Below are positions 10,834 through 25,800 of a stretch of DNA of 64,000 bases, one piece after another. The stretch is from Azolla caroliniana. Lineage: Eukaryota; Plantae; Polypodiophyta. Each line of letters opens with the position of its first letter. The stretch's first letter is position 1. Position numbers and translations under genes: made by a program. Location of the stretch: positions 18,104,001-18,168,000 of the forward strand of contig JBHGNT010000013.1 in NCBI GenBank assembly GCA_043228905.1. The letters are read 5' to 3'. The notes beneath the pieces were generated by a model, which ran no database searches, had not been told where the DNA came from, and worked only from the letters and a program-made list of their open reading frames with translations.

Positions 10834-13800
10834 ATGCTGGCTCTGGCGATGGCGTCGCCGAAAACTGTTGGTTCTATCATCTCCTTCCGCCGATGCATCA
10901 TTCCGCGTACTCATCCATCATCGTCCCAGGTATTTGCGCATTTCATCCTATTCTCCATCTTATTATGTATTAACTTTTTTTTGGCTTCTCTGCTTTTGAT
11001 ATCGCGCCTGCTTTCCATGTATGTTTTCATATTTTCCGTTCAAAATTTTCATTGCTCTTCCCTTCCCTTCCCCTTTCTCTTCTGGTTTTGCATTTGTTTC
11101 ACCTTTCTGTTTTTGTCCTCGATTTCTTTCACTTTTCTAATAATTTTTTTTGAATTTTCTTCCTTCTTTTGCACTTTCTTCCTGTGAACCATTTGGATTA
11201 CCCCCAATTTAATCATATTTATTTTCCATATTGGGTTCACCACTGTTTAGCGCTGAATTTTCTTTCCTTTGTCTAATGTCTGTGTTTTTCTTCACAAATT
11301 TTATCATTCCGTTCTATTGATTGTCTATCAAATATTTTCCTTTTGATCCTTTCCTCACATCTGTTCTGTTTTTCAATCTTCTTGTTTAGCTAACTATCAT
11401 TTCTATTCCCTTCTTAAGAAATTTGATATCTGTTCTTTTTTGTCATATTTTTTATCAGTTTCAATATCTTCCAAAGCTTCGGTTTATGCTTCTTTCCTCA
11501 TCAGCATATTTTCCCTGCATTTCTTTGTTTGATGTTTTTTTACCTCTTTTCTTTTTTGGTCTTATTTTACCATCATTTGATTTATTTGTGTGATTGTGTA
11601 TCAGACATTTGGTTTTTTACTCCTTTTTCTCAGAGGCCAATTACCGCAATATATCTTCTCTGCACCCCTTTCTCTGAAACCAATACAAATATTTGTTCCT
11701 TTCTATGCATCTTTTCTATTTTCTTGTATTGTTGCTGTCCTTTTTGCTTATTTTCCACTTTATGCTCTTTATTTCTTCTCTACTATGCTTGAATTTTTAT
11801 GCTGCTTTTACGCAGAGTCCAGTTTCCTCTAAGAGGGCTAGGGTCTGTTGAATCTTATTGTTATAGGTTCTAGCTTTCTTATTTACCATTGTTTCGTGTT
11901 CATCAGAAACTGATGTTTTTTCCTCTCTGTTTATTTTCTGCTTTTCTTGATATCTTTTCCTTCGTGCTTGTTTGTTCTAGATTGTACCTTTTTTATGATT
12001 GTTTATGATATTTTCCTTTTTCTCAGGTTCTGATTTCCTTAAGAGGGAGGAATCTATTGACTCCCAACCTTATAGGTTTGAGTTTTCGACAAAATGGCTA
12101 TATGAGCTGTTCAAGGGCACATTTTGATGGCAGTTCTCGAGTAAGGATTACATGCATTCACAAAGAGCATGGCATTTCAACTGCTGAATTTTCAACCATC
12201 GCCCCGAAAAAGCAAATGGAAGAACAAAGACTTTCAGGTTTTGATTCTGCACAAGGAATGCATGAAATTAGAGGAGCTTTTACCCAAGCTCAAATTCGTG
12301 CAACATTCTATCCAAAGTTTGAAAATGAGAAATCTGACCAAGAGGTAGCCTATCGAAGGGCCGATCTACACCATTTCTTTATATTGATCTAGGGATAAAT
12401 CCTGTTTTCTTTATTGTTAATTTCTTAATCTGAGAGTCTCTCTATTTTCTAGACATTTTTTGACTGTGACTTATGAAGAATTCGATTATTCCCGAAAAAG
12501 AAAATGCATTCATACAATTCATTGTGGCACGTAATCATGGCATTTAGGCAAAGGTGAAGTCGGATGGCTTTGTTGAAACATGAATCCTTCTATACTGAAC
12601 TTTGAAGTTGGTACAACAGTATTGATTCATGAGCCATGCACAATGTTACATAGATGGTGCAAGCCTAATGACTATATGTTGCTACACCCCTTGTGCATAT
12701 GTTGCCTCTTATTGAAATCTATACAGATGCACAAGTTAGAATAACATAGGGTTAGGTTTTCGATGGGATTAAATTTTTTGGTTGTGAATTGTGATAATGG
12801 AGTTTTCATGTCACCCTTCACAATATTGGTTATGATACAGAAACAATAATGTTTCACTGTGGATTTTTTGATAGTGAGGGAATAAAAGAAAAATACAACT
12901 AGAACTGGGCTCTTTTCCTTATGTATTATCTTTTGTAGCACCTAGGTACACATTAATCTCTTTTTCCATAGTAAAGATGCATGTAGCACTTTTTGTCGAA
13001 GTTGCAGCAATGACATCCTCATTGGAGCAACCAAAATAGATTATTCTGGAATAAGTTTATAATAAGTAAACTCTTTTCCAATGATTGATTTGGAATGCAG
13101 TGTATAACAAGAAATTGAAAAGTTGGATCATTTGGAAATCAGAAGAAGCTTGGATATGAGCTTCGTCGCCAATTCTCCATATATTGGAGGAGATCAGCTT
13201 ATTGGTTATAGGCCTCAAATGCATCATGCATATCTTACACGTGCAATCTGTGGTCTTTGGGAACTGGACATGTTCAAAAGAAAAGCAAGGTCAGCTCAAA
13301 TTCTTCCAGAGTTTCCAAAGGGGTCATAGTCATGGAAGTACTATCCCAATGTGGAGGTGATGTGAAAGAGCTGCTGAAATGGTATAAACTCAGTAGATTA
13401 AACGCGTAAATAGGGAATGGAGAAATTAGAGGTAGCTTGGATGGATGTTATTCATTAAAAATATACAGTTTAATATGTGCCTCCTTTTCTGTGCTACTAT
13501 GATGTTAACCATGCTCAAATGGTGAGTTGGCTTTTCTTCACACCAATACTCCCTCAAGCACTCTCTCCACACCATTCACCTCACCCAATATCCTTGGGCT
13601 CACTTTATTTATATATCAAACTTCTGCACTATTTGGTTGCCTAAATTCCTACTTCGTCCTCTTGTGAATTCCAGATCATTTGGTTACTCGAATTCCATAT
13701 TGTTTGACTCCTCTTCATCCATTTAATGGCATTCTCTGACATGGATGCGCTGATAAAACCACACAAATAGTTCTGAGCCTTCCAGTCACAACAAATGATT

Positions 13801-16800
13801 CCTAAAACTATTCTCTCCTACCAGTCACTACTAGCCTTGTCTTGTATTTATCCACAAACCCATCAATTTTGTACTTAAATCTTTCTGATCCACTTTGTCT
13901 GGATGAACTTCTTGTCGAGCATATCCAATAAATCCCAATTTGGTTATTCCAAAATACTTTCCAAAATGCAGAATCTGTATTCAACTTATGACTAACCCCA
14001 TCCATTGCTTTTCACCTTGAAGTCATGGAATAAATGTGATTCCACACACGATTAGTCAAAATTATGATATTTTGCATCCCATATTTATCTTGCCATATTT
14101 TCTAGGCATTTGTCACCTTTGGTATTTGCTGAATTAGAGTTAACACTAAATCAGTTGGTCCCCATGACTATTGCATACATTGTCTTCTCGCCATTCTTCT
14201 GTATCTGCTATTGTCAAAGTTATCAAGACTTTCAAGCTCTTCCAATCTACAATTCCCACCAGCTGCGCATCGATGCGTAGTTTGTAGGTCTTCAAAATAG
14301 TGGTTATTTTAAACTTCTGACGATGCGTAGTTTGTATATCAAGCTTGTGGACTGACACTACTGATCATCACGACCTCATGTTGCTAGTCATTGCACTTTC
14401 CACATGCAGGGTTGCTTTACAGAACACTCATGATGAATCTCCTCCACAAATTCTTGTCCAAGAACAAGGCTCTGATACCATATCAACCATACTGCTAATG
14501 CACTTACAATCAAAGAAAGAAAGGTCTATTAACTTCTGCTAGAGGCAGAAATCAGCCTATAAGACAACACAATTATAAATTTGGACAGATTCAATTTACC
14601 CATACTGAAAAAGAAGAAGAAGCTCTAGGATATCCTCAATTTCTATAATAATGGTCTTAATCCATATGGTGGATTGATTCCTGAGATGGTTTACAAGTGT
14701 GAAGTGCAGAACTTATACACACCATCCTAAATTGGCTGGTGTTGTGGAGGGAGGTATGATGAAGTTCAGCCAATGCATCTATGTGTCATCTGGAGGATCA
14801 GACATAATAAGAAATGATCTCCATGATTTGGTGCCTGCGCTCAATGTCTCTATTGTTGTTGGCATTCCTATGGAAGAATGCAGAGATGTGCCGTTGCTGT
14901 TGCATCCCGTGTGTTAATATTATTAGTAGGGCGCTCAAACATGATCACAACAGAGGAGTGATATAATGAGAGCTCTATGCTCATGTTCTCCGAAGTGAGC
15001 AGATACAATAACAACCTAATGGCTGGTAGCAAAGAACTAACATAAGCTCGCTTACCAGGGTTCCCATAATGTACTAGGTTGCCAACTCTAATCGCTAACC
15101 TGTGCACTACATTTAACTACTTCACCACTCGCTTTGTTGACCGCGCTGAAGCGGTGAGTTGGTGGTTGTTCTCACCAATAGTCAGAACATGTAGTCAATT
15201 TGACTTTTGTCACCTTCTTAAGTTGTTCTACAAAAGAAGACGCTAATCTCCAGTATTTTCCATGCTATGTTATTTGGTTTACCTTGAATTAGCTACAATT
15301 CTCTTTTGTTAATTAGAGTTGTTTTTTGACGCATGAAACTGTATTGGATCTCTGAAGTGCATTGTAAATCCTCCATCCATATGCTATTATGTTTCATGGA
15401 AATTCATGCTACAATTTATTTACCTGTCTACTGCGTTCTTCCCAAATATCAAAACCTTGGAAATTACTGGAAAAGGGAGAATTTCAATCTTGTTTTGAAC
15501 TATTTGGATTCTCATCAGAACAAAAGCAAAAACCAAAACAATACAACAAAAGTAACGAGAGCAAGAAATAATCTGAGATGGAGCTTCTTTCACATGCTGA
15601 GGATGGAGTCTTACTGTGCTAATATTCCTTTGAAGGACAGTGCAAGTTTACAATAGAAACAAAGTTTTACCACATTCTTTTGCCCTGCTCCTTGTGCTTT
15701 GCTATGAACACAAATTACATAGTTTTTAAAGCTGTGAGTTCCAGATGATGCTAATCTTTCCTCAAGAACCAGTGCAGTGTTTGACAACCTAGATGAGGAC
15801 TTATTATAATAGTTTGTCATATATCTTGTTCATTCTATATATAACAGCAAACTGTATATTTAAATTGTTTCATCTAGTTGTGAACTCTAATTCCTGTTTC
15901 ATGTATCCATTTTATTGATATCTTGATTCCTAGTTCTTCTGTTTGTCAGGTTCGATCAAGAATGATTGATGTTGTTGACACCGGAAAGGGAGTTTTGGAG
16001 GTAAAGAAAAATCATGAATTTACACTTGTGTGATGGACCAGTGATACATGTGTTTTTGATTATTAAACTGTTGGCTTTTTGTGGAATTGTCAAAAGTAAT
16101 GTCAGTGCTTCTGATTATAAAGATGGAAAAAACATGTTATGATCCAGGTCCTATTTTTTGATGTACATGTGTGTGTGTGTAGTGTTTTTTGAATATGGAT
16201 TCTTTTTAAAACTTCAATACTAGAAAGGGATTAATTTTAATTGAATAATTTGGTGAATTCCTGCACATAGTATCTGAATTCGAGGCATAGCTCCAAAATT
16301 GTGTGGGGCATGTTTAAAATCAGGAGGATGATTCAAATACGATAATGTAGATGTAGAAGAAAACATTGAACTTCTAAGAAACAGATATCTAAGAAGATAC
16401 CTTAGTCATTAGTTCTTATTTCATGGCTATAAGAAGATTGTAAGTAATTGGGTTGTTAAACTAATGTAATAAGATTAACTGGATTCTTAATATTTATCCC
16501 TGCATTTGTTAGGTGCAAACTTTTTGTTGAATGTTCCGTATTTGTTTCAGGTGACTTTAAAACACTCAGGGTCTCTCTTTATGTATGCGGGGAATCATGG
16601 TGGCGCCTTTGCAAAAAATAGCTATGGAAACCTGTAAGGGTGTTAAATGACATTTGATTTTAAGTAAATTTAATGAAATTTGACACGATCTTTTTAATGT
16701 GATTGTTTCTTTTTTAATTTGTTTGATTATCAGAAATAAGGGTATGAAGCTATTTGCTAAAGCTTCTTCTCATCTAGAGACCGTGGCTAACATTGGTCCC

Positions 16801-19800
16801 AAAAGTTTGAAACATTCTTTATAAAATTTTGAAATGTTAGATATCCCAGTCCAATTGTTCTCAACATGTCTTCTCCAAAGGTCCTCAACGTGTTCTCAAT
16901 CCCCCAAATATCATTTGGTATGAAGATGTCCCACTACAAGACACACATTCTACACACATCGGAGGATGTATTCATCATCAGGCCACTTTATATGGACATA
17001 CAACTATCCTATGCGCTGCACAGTGTGATAGGGCAGCTGCAAACTTCATCACATCAGTTAGAGATTGAGGTAGGCAGATGTACACAAATAACTCTAGAAG
17101 AAAGAATTTGTCAATTGTGTCATCAAGGAGTGGAATCCAAAGAACACTATGTTTGTCACTGTAGTGTCTTTTATGAAATCGGAAGGAGATACCATTGCCT
17201 CTTTAAACAAGGCTTTGGCCCACTACGCAAAGTAATGGAATATGAGGACCAACGGTGCCTAGGACTTTTCTTGCTAGAACTCAAGAGACATAGGGAAAAG
17301 TTGTTGAAGGACAATAATACAACCACACAAGCTCATCCACAAAGAGCAATCACAACTTTCTTTAGGCCCATCACTCCTACTAATGCTACAAGTCAATCAA
17401 GGGATACACAAATGGGCTTCGACCAGGACATACGAAAGGGGTTACAATAGATCGAGCAATAGCAATTTGTCGTCCACATAAGCCCCGGCCCCATGGACCA
17501 CGACCTTAGTGTTGAATGCAGGTCTCTAATGAACGTATTCACATTGTCTCCTCTTGTACACACTAGGTTTAGGCTATTTATGTAAATAGTGAGAAGGGCA
17601 GTTGCACTAAGTTGGTCAGTATATAAACTGACCTTGTAACCTAGTTTCAAGTTGTTGAAAAATACAGTTTATCTTGTGCCTAACGTCTCTCTCTATCTTG
17701 TCTTCTGCTTGCATCTTGTTTTCTATTCTCTAGTTGCAATCAATATTATTCATTGTATCTATTAACGATCTCCACACAGAAGAGTGTTGATGTTGTTCCG
17801 CACCTAGACTGCGGTGTTCTCAACATTTGGTATCAGAGCTCGAGGTTCTCTCGATTCTGCTGCTGCCGTCTATATAGTTTCCATCAACAACTCTTCTTCT
17901 GTACACTGTGAAGATCTTGGTTGGCAACTCTCTACAAGATCGTTTTCGCGAAGAGAGATATTGGCAAAATCAGCACTCCATCGTTCTAAATCACCATTGA
18001 AGTGAGCCAATCAGTTGCACTTCACTCCTGTGATTGTAGCTGCTCGGAGTGAGATTTCGCTTCACAACATCTCTGCCTCAACCGTACTACATTGGATTAG
18101 ACAACAACAAATAGGTCACCTGACGCTAGTCACTCGCTTGTCGTAATCACTCGTAGGTGTCTGAGCTCCAGGAACAACCCCCTTCTGTGCTTCATTCGGC
18201 TAGACAACATTTGGAAAGATTAGCTGAATCAGTTCCTCTCATTGTCGTAATCACCTGAAGCAGGATCGGCCTGGATAATCGGCACATACTCTGTGTTCGG
18301 AAATCTCGAAAATCGACATTTGAAATCGAATCGACATACTCGAGTCCAACTCGACTAGGCTAGTTAGCCGTAGTCACTTTGAATTGAGTCTCCTGAATTT
18401 CGAATCAGGTTCAGCTTGTGTTCAAACTCGGCTGGAACGAATTTAGGTGAGCCAATCTGCTGCACCCAACCACTGTTCGTAGCCAACCCCGAACAAAGCA
18501 TCCCAAAATTGACCGAGATGGCATCAACATCTGGTTCGTCAGAGATGAGTCTAAGGAAGTTCGAGGGATCGAACTTCAACTTCTGGAAGGAGCAAATGCA
18601 AGACTATCTAATAGTCAAGGGGCAAATCGACCCCATTGAAAACGAAAATATGCTCCAGAAGGGTACAAGCCGCTTGAATGGGAGAAGCTCGACAGAATTG
18701 TCCGAGCCACCATTCGGATGCACCTACTGGAGTCCGTGTACTTCACGGTGCAATCGTGTTCGACTGCCTTCCAACTATGGAAGACACTCTCGGACACCTA
18801 CGAAAAGAAGGTAGCTGCCACGAAGATATATTTGATATGGCGCCTTTATAACCTTCGGATGAAAGAATCCGATTCGGTTCAGGCACACCTCAACGAGTAT
18901 GAAAGTATGAGCTCCCAAATTTTGGCTCAGGGGACGACTATCGAGGATGAACTAAGAGCAATGTTGCTTATGAGTAGTCTGCCCCCTTCGTGGGAAACTT
19001 TCGTCACAACCGTGTGCAATGCATCGACTACGGCCGTTAAATACTCCTCAGTCACGAGCACAATTATGATTGAAGCAGCCCGAAGGAAATCGTTTGCAAA
19101 TGATTCGGCCACAGCCGAACAATCAACGAAGTCAGAGCAAGTCCCGGGATAATTGAGTCTGCAATTATTGCAAGAAACTCGGACACATAAAAGCTGATTG
19201 CCGTGCACTCAAGGCCAAAAACGATAAGGCTCAGCGAGCGGATCAGAAGAGTGGCCGGCATGAGGAGGTCAACTACGTCAGCTCCTCAGCCGAAGTATTG
19301 TCAAATGACCTGAACATTCTATCCATTGAAAACCCAGTCGAATAAGAAGTTCTGCTTACGGCTAAAGAGTCAAGCACTTGGCTCTTGGACTCGGGCGCTT
19401 CATATCGCGTAACTCCGCATTGATCCCAATTTCGATAATACTAGGCCCAACATTCCGACTCAGTTTGAGTTGGAAATTCGCAACATTGTGCGATTATCGG
19501 AATCGGCATAGTAGAGCTCAACCTTCTGGGTGGCTCTACATTGGTACTACACAATGTCCGACAAGTACCTGAGCTCTCAAGTCCTTTGATCTCAGTCGGA
19601 CAACTGGACGAAGACGGCATCTGTGCTGGCTTCTCATTAGGAGGGTGGACACTCCATAGGGGGGACCTCCTACTTGCTCAAGGACTGAAAGTACACTCGT
19701 TGTACCTGTTATATGTCACACTTAGAGAGGGTGACTTATTCTTGGTCGACATTCCTGTGTCATCACTTTGGCATGGATGACTCGGACACCTCAACAAGGC

Positions 19801-22800
19801 CGGCATCACGCATTTATCTAGAGCCGGATACAAACCTAAACTCTCCTTCTCTGATCATCAGTTCTACGAGCATTGCCAATACGACAAACAGATAGCCGCA
19901 TCACATCCGACATCAGCACCGAGAGAATCGAGTCCCATCGATTTGGTCCACTCGGACGTCTGTGGTCCTATGCCACATCAGTCTCTCGGCGGTGCCGTGT
20001 ATTTCGTCAGCTGTATTGACGACTCGACTCGGAAGGTGTGGGAGTATCCAATAAAGACCAAAGATCGAGTGTTCTCGATTTTCTCCGATTGGCTTGCTAT
20101 GGTCGGAAATCAGTCCGGCCGAAAACTGAAATGCTTTCGGACCGATAATGGAGGAGAGTTCAAATTTGAAGAATTCATCAGATTCTGCCGACAACGCGGC
20201 ATACGACGTGAATATACGGCACCCCACAGTCTGGAGTAGAACGGATGAATCGGACAATTCAAGAAAGGATAGTTTCCATGCTACAACACTTCGGACTATC
20301 GGATGGATTCTGGGCAGAGGCACTACTTACGGTAGTACACAATCAATATGTTGCCTAGTAGGCCGCCAGGACTTCGGATACCTCAGGAACTATGGAACAG
20401 CAGCAAGCCGATATACAACAAGCTGAGGATTTTCGGGTGTAAGGCATACACCCTCATACCGAAAGATGATCGCCGCAAACTTGCACCAAGGTCCAGGAAA
20501 TGCATTTTTCTCGGTTATGGACCACATGGCAAAATCGGCTACCGACTCTGAACCCCGAGCACAGACAGATCGTCCGAAGTTCGGACGTAGTGTTCAATGA
20601 GTCAGCCATGCATCAATCGGCCGAAAAGCCGATCGAAGTCTGAAGGGTAATTTTTTCGGATGTGCCAACCCTTCATGAAGGCCCACCACACAACACAAGA
20701 TCGGCTTCACGGGTAGCCGAAACCTCTAGTATTGACTCAGCAGCATCCGACTCGGAACAGCCGAATGTTTCGGCTTTTGACCATCCTACTTTCACACCCG
20801 ATGCGACTAGTCCAGTCAGACCTCGAAGATCCGAGAGAGTGTCGCAGCCCCCGGAGAGATACTCTCATGGAATCTTCTTTACAGACGCTGGAGAACCGAA
20901 GTCATACGAAGAAGCATCGGCATCTGCCGATTTAGCCACCTGGCATCTGGCAATGGAGTCCGAAATGAACTCCATTCGAGCAAACCAAACTCGGGACTTG
21001 GTCGAACTACCGAACAATCGACGTGCTCTTCCGTGCAAATGGGTCTATAGAATTAAAGAGACGTCCGATTCGGCCACCCCAAATTCAAGGCCAGATTAGT
21101 TGCGAAAGGGTTTTGACAGGAATATGGCGTCGATTTCGGCAAAATTTTTTCACCAGTGATCAAAATGACAACCCTCCGCTTAATGCTCGGTGTTGTGGCA
21201 ACTGAGAATTTGGAGCTAATTCAGCTAGATGTCAAAACGGCATTCCGCCATGGTGATCTAGAGGAGGAAATTTATATGGAGCAGCTGAAAGGCTTCGCCG
21301 CACCCGGCCAAGAACATCTAGTCTGCCGACTCAAGAAGAGTCTTTACGGCCTGAAACAGAAACCGCGACAGTGGTATAAGAAGTTCGATGACTTCATCCA
21401 ATCGATCGGCTTCTCAAAGAGTGACGAGGACCACTGTCTCTTCACAAAAACAGCTCAAGATGGATCACCTATCTTCCTCATCATCTACGTGGACGACATG
21501 CTAATCTCCAGACGACATGCCGGAGAGCTCGCCGAACTTGTTCGGCAACTGCGGTTGAAGTTTGCCATGAAGGATCTCAGTCCGGCAAGACATATTCTAG
21601 GCATGAAGATTAGTCGAAATCGAAATCGACGACAATTGTTTCTGTCTCAATCCGACTACATTGCCTGTGTCTTAGAACGCTTCAACATGCGATTGGCTAA
21701 ATCTGCTTCAATCCCGCTCCCAATTAGTCGCTGAGACAGCCCGGCATCCGGTCTGAAGGGGGAAATCATGAAGTCAGTACCATATGCACCGGCAGTCGGC
21801 TCCCTGATGTACGCGATGGTCGCGACACGGCTTGACATTGCTCACGCTGTAGGAGTCGTCAGCAAATTCATGCACAGCCTTGGCCGGTCGCACTGGAACG
21901 CAGTAAAGTATGTGTTCAGATATCTGGTGGGCACAAAGATCTTGGTATTCTATTTGGCCCGAATGACATCTCAGACGTAGTCGGATACACTGACTCGGAC
22001 TTTGCAGGTTGCATAGACACCCGAAAATCGACAACCGGATAATATTGTTTCAAGCAATGGAGCGATCTCGTGGAAATCGAAACTTCAAGAGTGCACTGCC
22101 ACATCAACAACTGAGGCCGAATACATAGCCATGTCTGATGCGGCGAAAGAGGCCTTATGGGTCGGTCGGCTGGCGTGTACGTTTCGACATGCCGAAATCG
22201 GCTTGGCTCCAGTTGTTCATAGTGACAGTCAGGGTGCTGTCGCTCTGTCGAAAAATCTGGTTCATCACAACGCTTTGAAGCACATTGACGTTTGATATCA
22301 CTTTGTTCGGGACTACGTCATTTCAGGGAAAATCGGCCTTGAGAAGATATCTACAGCCGATGATGTCGCAGATGGGATGACCAAGTGTCTTTCGGCAGAT
22401 CGATTCCGATCCCTTCGGCACCAGATGGGTATAACAAAGAATCAGTCCGATTAAGTTGGACACTTAGGATGTTTTTCGAACAATCGACTTCGACAGTTCG
22501 AAGTTCAGCCTTAGCTTCCCCAACCTTGGCCAGTTCGGCCTTTAGTTTTTTCGAAGTTCGCTGACTCGAACGAAATTTCGATTTGTTCGAAAACTTTGTA
22601 TCAATTTGTATTGTACATTTATTTTGATTTACAGAATTTTGATGTATATGCCCATTATGGGGGAGTTTTGAATGCGAGTCTCTAATGAACGTATTCACAT
22701 TGTCTCCTCTTGTACACACCAGGTTTAGGCTATTTATGTAAATAGTGAGAAGGGCAGTTGCCCTAAGTTGGCCAGTATATAAACTGACCTTGTAACCTAG

Positions 22801-25800
22801 TTTCAAGTTGAAAAATACAGTTTTTCTTGTGCCTAACATCTCTCTCTATCTTGTCTTCTGCTTGCATCTTGTTTTCTATTCTCTAGTTGCAGTTAATATT
22901 ATTCATTGCATCTATTAATGATCTCCACACAGAAGAGTGTTGATGTTGTTCCGCACCTAGGCGGCAGTGTTCTCAACACTTAGCACCCTTGTCATCGATA
23001 GATAAATGCCATTATCTCCCGCTATCGCAGGTGGATCGATCTATGCTCAAGATCTTTCGAAAGCAAAAGTTATATTGGATTTGAACCTTCCTTTAGAGTG
23101 ATGGGTACAATTATTCAAGGATGCTTTCTGTTCTTTCTAATAGAGTTACGGAGGCATAGATAATAGAATAGAATAGAATAGATGTTTTATCTTCAATGAG
23201 GGGGCCAATTTTGACATATGGGACCAAATCAACATGTCATCTTTTATTTGACTCCTTCCTACGAAGGGTGATTACTATTATGCAGTAAAAATTCTCTATG
23301 TGAAAATGATGCACAGATATGTGCTCACCCTTCTTGGTAGACATTTGACTATTACAATTATGTTTTCATGCCTGTCTAAAAATCATCACATTTCTCGCGA
23401 ATTACCTTATACACTGAGCATGTGATAAGTAAGTGATATTCATCCTCCATGATGTTCAACCCAGGCTCATGGGGGTAGTGAGAAGGTGCCGGGAGGGAGA
23501 TGTCGACACTCATTGATCCACCCAGGCAGAGAACTTTGACAGTTTTCTTCAGCACAGATTCTACTAGGGGGATTCCTCATGATGTTCAAGCAAACATACC
23601 GACTATCATGGAGTAATTATTCAGAGCTTCCATTACTCTTTGTTGTTGACATTGCCGATGCCAACCAGGACTAAAACTGCGATCTACATTTCTTCACACC
23701 ATCTAAACCATCATTAAATGCTGTTGGAGATGGCAGACTTAACCCACTAACCTTCCCATATTGGATCATGTCATGATGGACATATTCAGAGGTCAGCAAT
23801 TTCAGTTACCAACCAGAAAAACTGCGATATACATTTCTTCACAAACATCCAAGGCATCATTGCATGCCATTGGAGATGCTCGCCTTGACTGATGAACGGT
23901 TCTATATTGGAACACCTAATGATGGATATTTTCAGATGGCAGCAATTACAGTTCCAATGATGATACATCAAACTTGATGCAGTAAACAATGAGGTCATGG
24001 TACTCACATTGACTAGTTATAATAAAGAATTTGAATCTTTGGTCAGGTCTCACAGGCCATTATGTTCTTTTAGAGATGCGAAGGAATGGTGGATCATGAT
24101 AAGACAACTGCATTTCAGCCTGGTAGTTGCCAGGGTAGAAAACTGCATCTGGAAAATCTTGTCAGCAAGATGATATGCCACGTATTGGCATTGCGTCTTG
24201 AATCTTGTCACTATGATATACCATAGATTCCCTACGCAAAGCACATGCTTCATATAAAAGTTTAATACAAGAGTAATTATGTATTTAGTTGGCATATGCA
24301 ATAGCTTTTGGATGTTATTGACCATGAAGTGTATAAACCAGTTCTCAGTTGCCTCTTGCAAGAGTTTTTCAACAGTCATCACCTCTTATAAATGGCATTG
24401 TTTGGTTTGATGATCAGGAGAACAACATTTCTTTCCTCTAGGTGGCGAACTTTTAATGGATTGCTGCTTCCTGACATGAGATTAGGGATTGGGTTTCAAT
24501 TTCACCACATTTCCAGTTTTTAATGAGGTTGATTCTGACCACAAAGCTGCTCTTCTTCACAATATTGTTTTTCGCACCAGAGGAAAGTATGGGCTTTCCA
24601 GTGGCAGTGTTGGCTGTGGTTGAACATGAACAGAGCCGTGGGTGGCGTATCAACTGAAAACTTCCAGTGTTGATCCCGGGCACATGTCTTAGTCTTATTT
24701 GAAACCTTGTTGTTCAGGTGATTCTTCAATCGTAGCCTTTCATACTCTGCGATGTAGGAGACCAAATTGGCTGACAGAGATACATCTATCCACAACAAGG
24801 CACCTTCTTACTTCTCCAATAGCTTGTAAACCTCATCCCCATCGATCTTAATGCTGCGGCTGCATCATGATCCAAGGGTTTCAACCTTTCTTTTACTAAT
24901 GATTCAACACAAAAGGTAGACTGCAAGAGTGGGTAGAGTTTCAGAAACGCCTCATGTATGATTGATGATCTTGAAACTTTCTTTGAGAGCACATATCTGC
25001 AAAATTACTGTGAGAGAAATAAAAGCATCAACAATGAGGTGCTAGTTTAATTATGGGATAATGAGTTCGTCATGTCTGGTCCAACCCAAATAAACATGAA
25101 GGATTGATCTAGGGATTTTAAGGAAATCATATTGCCCTCACCTCAAGAATTTTACAATACTCTGTTACGAAAGTCTTGTGTCATGCTTCTGCAACATCTT
25201 TGCACACCATTGAATGCCTCCATGCAACTCTGCATGGACATTGATTATTCTTCAAATCAGTAATGATAATTTAGTTGTAGTAGATTCTCCTCTCCATAGC
25301 CATTTAACAGCGATCAGCAATGGATTTTTTCTTTTCTTTTCTTGTGTTATTCATTTTCCGGAACTTGCGTCTGGATTCATTGACTGTGTAAATATAACTA
25401 GCACACACTCCAACCAAAATACAGAAGAATTTACACTTGATTTCGTTTTTGGTGTCTTAGAGGTTTAATCATTAATCAATCATAAAGAAAGGGAGGGGAA
25501 GTTTTTCTAATTAATCATAAAGCCCTTTCTTTGTCTTTCTTCTTTTCTTGTTTTTCTCTCTGCCACACCACTAACAAGAAGGAAAGGTATTCCATCATTA
25601 CTTAATTGGTATACCACTGACTTAATTGGTATACCCCTGGAGAAAGGGAAAGAGCCGTCATCGCTGAAACTCCTCTGTCTACTCTATGCATGTATACATG
25701 TTTGTGGACTTGGATCCATTCAATACTCCCCAACCCCGTCTCATTTTCCATTACAAAAGGTATTTGTTCAAGGGGGTGGGGACCAGTTAATGATTTATTC

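Noticed and set aside
10930-12026. Hydrophobic Phe/Leu-rich ORFs (10759-11187, 11529-11832)
   Set aside because: These are read-through of the T-rich RNL intron 1.
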